Positions 26,037-36,412 of a DNA stretch of 64,000 nt are shown here, one piece after another. Position 1 is the stretch's first letter; every line of letters starts with the position of its first letter. The notes under the pieces are model-generated. The model was given only the letters and a program-made list of their open reading frames with translations, was not told the origin of the DNA and searched no databases. Origin of the DNA: Podarcis erhardii (Eukaryota); assembly GCA_964252035.1 (NCBI GenBank), contig OZ176206.1. One strand, 5' to 3'. The position numbers and the translations under genes are program-made.

Positions 26037-26900
26037 CATTTGTACACCGCCCTATTCACCAAGGAACTCAAGGTGGTGTATGTGTTTCTCTATCTCCTCA
26101 TTTAATTCCCACAACAAACCTTCAAAGTTGGTTGGGCTGAGAGACAGCAACTGGCCCCCAAAGTCACACCCAGACAGCTTTGTGGCTAGGTGAGGATTAG
26201 ATCCTTCATCTCTTCCAGGTGTGACACTTTAACCACTACGCCACACTGGCTTAACGGGCATTTTACGGGCGCCACGAGGCCTAAGACAGGCTTCGCCCGC
26301 TGGGGCTTCTCTTTGAACTACAACTCCCATCAGCCCCCAGACAAAACATCTGGAGTGTGGCGGGAGGGCTGACGCTGACCCTTGACTCCATTCTTCTGTA
26401 TTCCAGAGGGGAAACATTGGGAGTCAGTGAGGCTTTCAAGACTTTTCCTTTCCTGTCCTCGTCCAAACAAGTAACCAAAGAACTCGGGGGTTGGAAGCAG
26501 GAAATATTTCCCAGGCCCTAAACGTACAAAACTGAATGAGGCGCTGGAGAGGCAGCCGGCCAGCATGACCGAGGGCGAAACACTCACGCTTCTATCTCTG
26601 CCCCGAAGGAGACCAACCGCTGGGGTGCTCCTGGCAGGAGGGGCTGGGAGGAGGCCCACATGCCAACAGCTTGCCTCAGCCAGCCTGATGAATGGGCAGC
26701 ATTGAGCAGGGCCCACGCGCAGGGGGGTATTAATAGCTCATAACACAGCGCTGGGGAACGGCAGCCGACATCACCGCCCAGGCGAGTGTGTGACACAACA
26801 CAGGGAGAGGGAGGTCAGCCCATACAGGACTGGGGCCCTTTTTCACAGAGACGGAAGTGGGGGTTCAAAACTAGGAGACAAGAATCTACTGCTTCTTGTA

Positions 26901-27115
26901 CAGTGGTACCTCAGGTTACAGATGCTTTAGGTTACAGACTCTGCTAACCCAGAAATAGTACCTCGGGTTAAGAACTTTGCTTCAGGATGAGAACAGAAAT
27001 CACGCGGTGGCAGGGGGAGGTCCCATTAGCTAAAGTGGTACCTCAGGTTAAGAACAGTTTCAGGTTAAGAATGGACCTCCAGAACAAATTAAGTTCTTAA
27101 CCCGAGGTACCACTG
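26901..27115 (+). mobile_element. Tc1/mariner (Tigger/pogo-like) MITE
   Basis: TIR cagtggtacctc(a/g)ggtta, TA dinucleotides on both sides, non-coding interior. Confidence 0.85.
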
Positions 27116-27760
27116 TACAATGAACTTGCCTCCACACTAGCTAGCTTGCATCACAGCTTCCTGTGTGCAGCCACCGCCTCAGTCTGAACCACCCCCCTGA
27201 CTGTCATCAACTCATCTTATCATGGAGGGGACCCAAGGGTCATCTAGTCCAACCCCCTGCAATTCAAGGAGCGCAGCTGAAGGATCCCTTTATTCCGGGC
27301 TAATCCATATGTTCAGGAGTTTAAAGGAGCCCCCTCACTTTACAGGCAGGAGTCACTGGGAAAGGAAAGCAGGGTGAGACATAGAATAAAAGCAGGGCCC
27401 TGCCAGAGCTTTCAGCTTTTCTTTTGTGCAGAAAAATGCCAGCACCTGCAGTTTTAACCCTGTGCCTTTTGGTAAGATGCATTTAAAAACAAGCAAACAA
27501 AAACTATGCCGCATTGTAGCACAGGAAGCAGGCATTTTTACTGAAACAATGGTCTCTGAAAAAGGCTACAATTCAAGCAATTGGGGGGGGGGCAGCCAAG
27601 TCTTCTCCCTGGGGTCTTCTATGTGTGGCAGAACATTTAAACAAGCCTAAATTTGTTGTCTGTTAAAGGTTGCTGGGAATTAGTGAGAGATTTGTAAATT
27701 ACAGCGCCCAGATTTCTTTGAGGAAAAAGACTGTGTAGGCGGTTCTAAGACAGAGGCACA

Positions 27761-27894
27761 GAATCATAGAATTGTAGCGTAGGAAGGGACCACGGGGGTC
27801 ATCTAGTCCTATCCCCTGCAATGGGGGAATCTTTTGCCCAACGTGGGTCTCGAACCCACAACCCTGAGTCTCATGCTCTACCAAGTGAGTTATC
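27761..27894 (-). mobile_element. tRNA-Lys-derived SINE with CR1 tail (Squam2-like)
   Basis: ggtagagcatgagactc..gggttcgagacccacgttgggc followed by a CR1 tail with ATTCTATG end. Confidence 0.7.
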
Positions 27895-29021
27895 AGGGAC
27901 CCAGGCTTCCCCCATACGATGCATTTATTCAGCACTCACCCTAGTTTGCTCGCAGAAAGTTGGCAGAAAGTGGGAGACAGATTATATCCGGTCTTTACTG
28001 AGCATTGATTGAGGGGTGTGGTTTCCATGGCCATAAGCAGTTTGGGGCAGCAGGCTGGCAAACTCCTTCATTTGGGGAAGTTCTGCCAGGGAGTTTATTA
28101 GGGCTTCCCCCTTGAAGAGATGACTCAGGCATCATAGGCGTAAGAACTGGCACAAATCCCGGTTAGAAGCTGGCATGTGATGTCGTTCTTACGCGTGGGG
28201 CTTCTCCTACAGGGACTTCTGCAGTGAGAGCTCCTGCCCCAAGGAAGATTAATCCCACTTTACCATTCACACAGAGGTTCAGAGGAGCTGAAGGAAATGT
28301 AATTCATACCAGGGGTGCAGCTTCTTCACATATGGGGTGGCGGCCAACTTAGGTTTGTCCTAAACTGCAAAGCTGCCTGTGACCCTGAGGTCCTCCCTTC
28401 TAGAACAGCCACTCTCCCCACACCCAACTTATTGAACCTCATTGCAGGGGGTTGGTCTACATGTCCCTTGCGGTCCCTTCAAGCTCTACAATCCTATGAT
28501 TCTATGTCAGTTCCCAGGGCTATGACACCATTAGGGGACCTGCTCCACCTCAAACCTCTCCTCTGCATGCAGATTCAGAAGCCTGCCTTATACTGGATCT
28601 GACCTTTGGTCCATCCAGCTTTCTATGCCAACAGGCATTGGCTTTCCAGGAACCTCTTCCTGGGAGATGGAACAGAATGGAATGGAAGGTACTGCTTCGG
28701 AATTCAGATGGTTGTGTTTTTTTAATACTCTCTGTGTTCATAGATAAAAACTTCCAGCTGCCTGCAAGTAACTGGGAGTTGGCTTCCGGCTTCTCTCCCT
28801 GAGCTGCTGCCTTTCACCTTGCGGGGAGCTGTTTCAGCAGCCAAGCATTCCCCAAGGTGGCTTCTGTCTGAAGTCCTTAATCAACAGCCTCTGCTGCCTG
28901 GAGAACTGTGTCCCACCTACCAGCCAGCTCTCTATAAAGAGGCACCCTGGTCCCCTTGAGCCAGGAGACCAAGGTTCAAATCCCCACGCTTCTCCATGAA
29001 GCTCACTGGGTGACCTTGGGC

Positions 29022-29199
29022 CAGAGGCAGATTTAGGGGAGTGTGACTGGTTTGCCGACACCGGGCTTGCAGAGCTAAGAGGGTGCCTCAGTGGACACCA
29101 AAACAATGACTTAGAAGGGAAGGCAAGAGACAGGATGTGAATGAATGTTGGCATCGCACAGGGCACTGCTGAAAATAGAAAACCCAAAGTCCGCCACTG
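29022..29199. mobile_element. hAT-like MITE inserted into a MIR-like SINE
   Basis: TIR cagaggcagatttaggg / reverse complement cagtggcggactttggg. Degenerate TSD cttgggc/cttggac. Splits the host SINE. Confidence 0.55.
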
Positions 29200-29599
29200 C
29201 TTGGACAAGTCAGTTTCTTAGTCTAACCTACCTCACAGGGTTGTTGTGAGGATTAAACGAGGTGGGGGAGAACCACCGTAGGCCGCCTCGAGATCCTTGG
29301 AGGTAGGGGTGCCAACTTGAATAAAATAAATGGGGGTGGCAGGTGAGCCCCGCCCCCGCATAATCAATCACATGACTCGGGGCAGGCTCATCATTTGAAT
29401 GGCAATGCCCGTCAACTTGGGAGGAGGGGGCTGGACGCTTTAAAAAAATGGGGAGGGGGACCGAAGGGACCTCGGACCCTAGGAGTTGGCTCCTATGCTT
29501 GGAGAACAGAAGGTGGGAGAGACATGCAAGAAATCATTAGTAAATGCAAGAAAGCAAATAAACTCAAATTAAAGTAAGTACCTGTAAAAGCAATGGAGC

Positions 29600-30200
29600 A
29601 AGTAAATCAGTCCAACCGCGTAAAGCGGGACCAAAGACAGAGCAGCGGGAAAAGCAGAGGCTGAAAGGGGCCGAATCCCGCACCACGAGCGGACGGGTGC
29701 TTACCTGGCTTCCCCCGGGACCCTCCACCACCCCCGACGCCTGCTTTGCGCGCCCGCAGCAGCCGCGAGAAGGAACGCCCGCAGGTCCTGCCTCCGCCGC
29801 CGGACAGGGCGCGCCGTCGGGAGCCTCTCGCTGCGCCCGGACGCTCCATCCTCCGTCTGAGCCTTTGCGCCTCTGCGCCGCCTAGGCGAGGGAGATCCAG
29901 GGCCGGGCAGGCTCCTCCTCGACGACCACGCCCTCGACGGGAAAGCAGAACCCGCTGGGGCTCCCCCGGGCTCGGAAGGGAGAGGAAAGGCACCGGTAGG
30001 GACGGGGCAACTCCGCTTTCAAGGCTCTTCCTCCCACGACCGGGCGCCAAAGACACCAGCAAGGCGCCACGTCGGGGAATCCTGCTTCGAAGAGCCTTCT
30101 CGGAAACGCCACTAGGGGGCAGCCCTGGCCCCTTTCTGAGCATCTGCCCAGCTGCTCCGTGGATGGCAGGGTTGCCGTCCAACAGGTGAGGCCAGACAGG
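29600..30200 (-). promoter_or_regulatory. CpG island; probable promoter and non-coding first exon (ends 29705) of an unidentified minus-strand gene
   Basis: Strong CpG enrichment. Consensus minus-strand donor CCAG|GTAAGC at 29705/29704. No ATG in the roughly 130 nt upstream of the donor. Confidence 0.6.
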
Positions 30201-32447
30201 GAGGGGGGCGCTTAGGCCACTTCCAGACTGATGCTGCTTTGCAGGTACGAAATGCGTCGCAGAATCCCCATGATGTCCTGGCTGCCTTTCGTTGCTGTCC
30301 ATGCGGAGGCCTCCTTTGAAAACTGCTCAGGAAACTTCAGTTGGTCAAATGGCAGCGCTGAGACATTTCGCATGGCACTAAACCGCTGGCATCTGGTTGC
30401 AGCTTCTTCGCCTTCCTGCTTCTCCCCAGGCTCAGTGAAGTGCTGTTCTCTCTGCCTTTAAAGCTCTGAATGGCCCTGGGTCCGTTTGCTCCCAAACCAT
30501 CCCAGTAAGACCTGCACCAGCATTTGGTACTTCCAGGAGGCTGGCGGAGAGCCTTGCCATCCTTTGCCTTCCCTGGCATTTGCCTCTTGCTGCTGTCAGC
30601 CTGCTGTGGAGTACATCTGCGGGAGTCAGCTGAATGTCCTCTAGCATGGAAAGAAGACCCATCTCTGAACTGTGTTTAAGCCAGGCTCCTAGTGTGCAGC
30701 CAGACCAGTGCCAGAAACTTTATTAGTGATTAACACTTGTTTTGCATTGTATTGTATATACTTAAACCTATATAGTTTTGTTTTTGCAATAGTGTTTGCC
30801 GGATTTTTGAACTTACTAATACTCTGTAGTTCCAATGTTTTGAATTTTGCTGTAAGCTGTTTTGTGGGAATGCAGCATATACTGTAAGTAAACGTCATCC
30901 ATCCATCCTCTGCTCAGGAGGGCCAATGGCACAACCAGTTCAGGCAATGAAAAGAAGGGGTGGGGCTTTCATGATGGTGGGGCCACCACCATCGAGGCCC
31001 TGGACCTGCCACTTTGGCCCAGTCTCCTTTCTCTTGACTTTTCTTTCCACAGGCTTTTAATATTTAGCTGTGCTGCTATTTAAAAAAAATATATTTCCAT
31101 TGCTGCTTTTACAATTGTTGGCTTTAATCTGTTGGCTCTTAGTATGCAGGCTGTTGTTTCTCATCTGTGCTTGGTTGGAAGCTGCTCTAAGTTGCTGTTA
31201 CTAGACCAGCAGGATGAAGTGGTTAGAGCATCAGGCTAGGACAGAGGAGACCCAGCTTCAGATTCCTATTTGGGTTACTTTGGGCCAGTTACTCTTCCTC
31301 AGCCAACCTACCTTACAGGGCTGTTGTGAGTGTCAAATGGGAGAAGAGGCAAAACTTCAGGCATGCTGGTCTATGTTCAGTCTGTGTTCTTTGCGGGAAT
31401 GGTACATGTTCACCAATACACATCTGCAAGGATAATTGTGATGTGGGGAGAGGCACTAATGCGGAAGGGTTGGCATGAAAGAGGGATGCTTCACCCACCC
31501 ATCCCACACACACTTCACTTTCCCCCAATGCCATTCCCACCTCAACAAGAGCCACTTTTAGTTTCAGAGCATGGTTTAAAAAATGGTGATGGTAGAGGGA
31601 GAGTATTTATAGGCGAGATGGGATGGGCTTGGAAAGGGTTAAGTCCTGCCTGCCCCTCTCTCCTGCCTTGTACACCAAAACTTCCTCTTAATCCTCAAGA
31701 GGATGTTTGGAGCCTGCAGTGGATTTCCTGCCTTGCTTAGGACTCTGGAAGCTATTTTCCAAAGTGCTGAACAACAAGAAGATTGGAGCTGGTTCGTGCT
31801 GCCTTTTTTTGGGGGGGGGGGAGCTTTTCTTCCTTCAGGGGAGGGTTAACTCATGTGACAAGTACAGCACCTGAGCCAGGAAACCCCAGGAGACCTCAGG
31901 GCCCCCCCAAACTGCCACCTTCTTACAGTTCCTCCTCCTCGAGGGATTGTGAATGTGTTGCGAAGGCGATCCCTGCGTCCACACGGTACACAGATGAGCA
32001 CTTTGTGATCCAGTTGTGTGTATTCCACAGTCGTGGACAAAATCTGTTTTCATGATTTTGTAGCGGGGGAGCAAAGCCATCCAGTACCAGGAAGATTAAA
32101 TTAGAATTCCTCCAATGGTGGAGAAGGAGATTCCGTTAAAAACCTAAGAAGACCCCTTGCTGGATCAGGCCAAAGGGGGGCCCATCTAGTCCAGCATCCT
32201 CTTCTCACAGTGTCAGCCAGATTTCCCAAAGCGAAATTTCCAAGCAGGACCTGAGCACAAGAGCAACACTCTCCCCTCCTGTAGTTTCCAGGAACCCTCA
32301 CCCTAGGTTGCAGCAGGTTAGACTAGATGAGCTCTGGTGTCTCTTCCAACCCTAACACTTTATAATTCTATGGTATTCACTGCCTCTGAGTGAGGAATGC
32401 TAAGTTTTCTTGCCTTCCCCTCCCTGCTTGCAGAAGCTCTATAAATC

Positions 32448-32578
32448 TTTTTTTTTTTTTTAATGATATTTATTAAAGTTTCCAATAAAAACATATAAAC
32501 ACAAACAACAATAAAAACATACACAAACAAAAGACAGAAAACAAGTATAATTTCAAACCTTATTTTCTTAAACCTATA
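32448..32578 (-). mobile_element. Extremely 5'-truncated L1-type 3' end (131 bp)
   Basis: PolyT on + strand (polyA on minus), AATAAA and T-rich 3'UTR-like body on minus. Perfect 18-bp TSD gcagaagctctataaatc at 32430-32447 and 32579-32596. Confidence 0.75.
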
Positions 32579-33322
32579 GCAGAAGCTCTATAAATCAACC
32601 CAGGCACAAATGTTCCATGCGTATAATTCATACCCGTTGCAAAATGTGGGCAGAGTTGGTATGGCTAGAGAATGTGAGGCGCTTTTAACATCTGCCTGCG
32701 GTCCAGATTTTGAATGCATGCCCCTCCGCAAACCATCAAGGGTCGCTGTGCTCAAAGCTTCTGCTGGGATGCTCAAGCAAGCAGGAGGCCTTCCTAGAGC
32801 TGGATGACTATTCTGGGGCCGGAAATCATCGCTGGTGGGGGGGGGGGCAGGGAGGGCTTCAGAGGCGAGTGGAAACTTTCACAGCTGGGGAAGGCATGAA
32901 AATTCAGACTCTCCCAAGAGGAGAAGAAAGGAGATGTTGTGTAACTGTCTGACTGCACTTCTTATTTCAACGCAAGAGTTTTCCTGTAACCGCATGCTGG
33001 AAAGTTTGAAGTTTAAGTCACACATTTTAAAAAGCTTGCATTTTATTTTTACGGTCATGCGGAGTCCCGTGACGTATCCCTGCCTTGTGAATTTGTTCAT
33101 ATCAAGATGGCCAAAGACCTTTCCGAAACTTAGGTGGGAAATCCAAGTGCTCCTATATCTCCGCCAGACGCTGATCGAGGCAGGACCCAATCCACCATGG
33201 AGCAGAATGAACTTTGACCCTTTAAGTTGGACTTATTCCAGACAGTTTCCTGTGGGCTGCAGCCCAAATGCCCATGTACGCGCACTCACAGATTCACCAC
33301 TTCAACATGCCACATAGTAAGG

Positions 33323-33695
33323 TAAAGGTAAAGGACCCCTGGACGGTTAAGTCCAGTCAAAGGCGACTATGGGGTTGCAGCACTCATCTCGCTTTCAGGC
33401 CGAGGGAGCCGGCATTTGTCCACAGACAGCTTTCCGGGTCATGTGGCCAGCATGACTAAACCACTTCAGGTGCAACAGAACACTGACGGAAGCCAGAGTG
33501 CATGGAAATGCCGTTTACCTTCCTGCCGCAGTGTTACCTAATTCTCTACTTGTACTGGTGTGCTTTCAAACTGCTAGGTTGGCAGGAGCTGGGACAGAGC
33601 AATGGGAGCTCACTATGTCATGGGGATTCGAACTGCCTTCTGATCAGCACGCCCAAGAGGCTCAGTGGTTTAGACCACAGATCCACCCGTGTCCC
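33323..33695 (-). mobile_element. Sauria SINE, subfamily B
   Basis: Tail aaaggtaaaggacccctggacggttaagtccagtc. TSD of about 16 bp with two mismatches (33307-33322 / 33697-33712). Confidence 0.8.
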
Positions 33696-33879
33696 TATGC
33701 TTCATAGTAAGGCCACGTCTGACAACTACAGTAACTCTGAAAAGCGCTAGTTGACTTAAAACTTCCTGAAAGAATTCCTCTGGAAAGGGTCCTCTCCTTT
33801 TCTTGAGTTCAACCATTAGTCCACTTGTCTTAGGATTGTCCACACTGATTGGCAAGTCCTCCAGGATTTCTGACGGGGA

Positions 33880-34200
33880 ACTTTCCCAGCCCTCTTTGTG
33901 GGGAGGAAGTAATGGCCACCAACCTTGGTGGCTTTAAAAGAAGATTAGACAAATTTATGAAAGAGAGGGCTATCTTGATGGCTACTGGCCATAATGACTT
34001 TGCTCTGCCTCCACAACTGGAGCCAGAAATGCTTCTGAATATCCGTTGCTGGAAACCACAGGAGGGGAGAGGCCTCTTGTTGTCATGTCCTCCTTGCTGG
34101 TTTCCCACAGGCAACTGTTCAGCCACTGTGAGAACAGGATGCTGGATTAGATGGGCCATTGGCTTGATCCAGCAGCCTCTTCTGATGTTCTTATGGATAG
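33880..34200 (+). mobile_element. CR1 LINE 3' end, second subfamily (CTTATGTT-type tail)
   Basis: VMATNLGGFKRRLDKFM plus 3'UTR gagaacaggatgctggattagatgggcc. Antisense copies at about 521-715, 10940-11260, 18040-18400, 32140-32310 and 54600-54825. Confidence 0.75.
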
Positions 34201-34463
34201 GAACCACATGCACTGCTTCTGGGTTCCATGATGGAAGAAAGATGAGCGACAAATGTAATACTATTCACAAACCAGAGAGCCTCTGGTGTATTTTTATTAG
34301 AAAGGGACCTTGGTTGCTTTATACAATGAAAGGAACTTTTGCCACTGCGCTTCATCACCTCCAGTGCTATCTAATGTAAGCTCTTGTGGAGAAGGATCAA
34401 AAAGCAAACAGTCTTGATGGGTTCCCTTCAGCTCCCAAAGGTGCAATGATATCACAGAAGACA

Positions 34464-35482
34464 CTGTCTAGGATTTACGACATATTACTGGAGTGGTACA
34501 CTAAAGACGAGGAGGTGAAGGAGGCAATGACAAAGTGGGCGATAGACGTGGGTTATAACATTGATTTTGAAAGGTGGTTAGAATTATGGAATAATAACAC
34601 AAAGTTTACGGCGTGTATGGCACTGAGGGAAAATATGTGGAAGATGATATATAGGTGGCATCTTACACCTATGAAACTAGCTAAAATCTACAGGTTAAAG
34701 AACAAAAGATGCTGGAAATGTGGGGAAGCAGAAGGCGATTTTTACCACATGTGGTGGTTATGTAATAAAGTGAAAAAATTTTGGGAACTAATATATAATG
34801 AACTTAAAAAAATTCTTAAATATACTTTTCCCAAAAAACCTGAAGCCTTTCTGCTAGGAATGTTGGGTAAAGAGATTAAAAAAGAAGACAAGAATATATT
34901 CCTCTATGCCACCACAGCCGCAAGAACTATGCTGGCACAAAACTGGAAAATGGAAACCATACCTAGTATAAGTGATTGGCAGATTAAAATGGTGGAATAC
35001 GCCGAACTTGCTAGATTAACGGGTAGAATACGAGACCAAGATGAGCAAAAATTTCATAAAAATTGGAGTAAATACTGGAAATATATTGAAAATAAATAGT
35101 AGAAGACACTGGTGGGCCTGGATTAACTCTAACAGAGAATGTCTAATATTTAAGATTAAGAGAAAATACGTGAATGTAGGATTATTTGATACTTACCAAT
35201 AGGGTGGAGGGAAGTCCAGGACTAAATAAAGTCCAAAGGGTTTTTTTTGTTTTTTTTTTGTTTTTTTTGTTTTTGTTTTTTTGTTTTTTGTTTTGATGAT
35301 AAGAAATTTTTGTTTTTTGAACCTTTTTTTTTCTTTCCTCTTTTGTAAAAAAGAAAAAATTAACAATAATTTATTTATATGTATGTTTATACGTTCAGTG
35401 ATATGATGATTTGTACAATGTATATTTATATAGACATGTGTATTATTTAAAGCTCGAATAAAAAAGTATTAAAAAAAAAAAT
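34464..35482 (+). mobile_element. 5'-truncated L1 (different subfamily): ORF2 C-terminus + 3'UTR + A tail
   Basis: Reading frame LSRIYDILLEWY...CWKCGEAEGDFYHMWWLC...KKPEAFLLGM is homologous to the end of ORF2 at about 49470-50123. T-rich 3'UTR, AATAAA. Perfect 18-bp TSD atgatatcacagaagaca at 34446-34463 and 35483-35500. Confidence 0.92.
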
Positions 35483-36341
35483 ATGATATCACAGAAGACA
35501 GAGTGTGGTGAGGACTGATAAGAGGGAAACTGCAAAGAGCTTTGGGGAGACAAGAAGCAGCCAAGATTTGAAAGCGATACCCTGGAAGATGAGGAAAAAC
35601 CAGCCACTGATTTCCCCTTCGCCATCAGAACTCAAAGAAACTCTGTAGAGTCTCTTGGCTCCTAAATGCAAAACTCTCCAAGTTGTCCAATATAGGCAGG
35701 ATGGAGCCCCACTGCACCCCCAGCTATAGCCCAGAGTCAGTAGGACAGAAAGTCCAGATCTAAATAGTCAAGCTTGGGATAGATCCTGTAAACCTTGTCC
35801 AGACACAGTGGGGAAAAGCTGTCTAGCCAAGATTGGGGTGTTGGTGGTTTTTTTGCTTTTCTTGAGGGCAGACAAGGCTGGTGCTGGAAGGTTTATTTTC
35901 AGCAAGGATGCCGGGCGTGAAGCACCCCAGAATGACTCAGAGCCAGAGATCACAAGCTTGACTGCAGAAATGAACCAAGACGGGAGATTCCCTCTGATCA
36001 CTCTGTTTGTGTGTGAGAGTATTTGCAAACCAAATCAGTTTTAGTTTTTAATTTCAATTCCAGTAAATTGCTGAGCTTTTCAGTACACAGCAAGAAAGAA
36101 CCACTTCCTTATCATCGAATCACGGAACAGTAAGTTGGAAGGGATCCCAAGTGTCATCTAGTCCAACCCCCACCTCCTGAGCCTCACCTATCAATCATTT
36201 AAGGAGGCCCAGTCTCTCTTCCAAACCCTTTGTCAGATTGCACTTTGTTGTCTGTGATTGTAATAATAACAAATAAATAAGACCTCTAGGTCTCACTTTC
36301 ATGGAGCAATTAAACAGGCCACAATGAACGCCCCCACATAC

Positions 36342-36412
36342 AGATGAGCGCCGCAACCCCAGAGTCGTCTGCGACTGGACCTAACAGTCAGGGGTCCCTT
36401 TACTTTTACCTT
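36342..36412 (+). mobile_element. Sauria SINE 3' fragment
   Basis: agatgagcgccgcaaccccagagtcg...ggggtccctttacttttacc. Confidence 0.75.

Noticed and set aside
26901-27115. Recurrent caggtta(a/c) units resembling a CRISPR-like array
   Set aside because: Irregular sub-terminal repeats inside a TIR/TA MITE in a eukaryotic genome, with no unique spacers.
29607-30302. 231-aa GC-rich ORF, considered as single-exon EXOSC6
   Set aside because: No RNase PH motifs (e.g. GSAY.E, D..VLE.DG). Long open frames are expected by chance in CpG islands.
31928-32050. Segment with all three minus frames open and a GTAAGA donor
   Set aside because: Weak acceptor, no frame can be preferred, and no homology recognised. 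Too ambiguous to call.
33849-34379. 176-aa ORF
   Set aside because: CR1 ORF2 tail plus 3'UTR read-through into flanking DNA.
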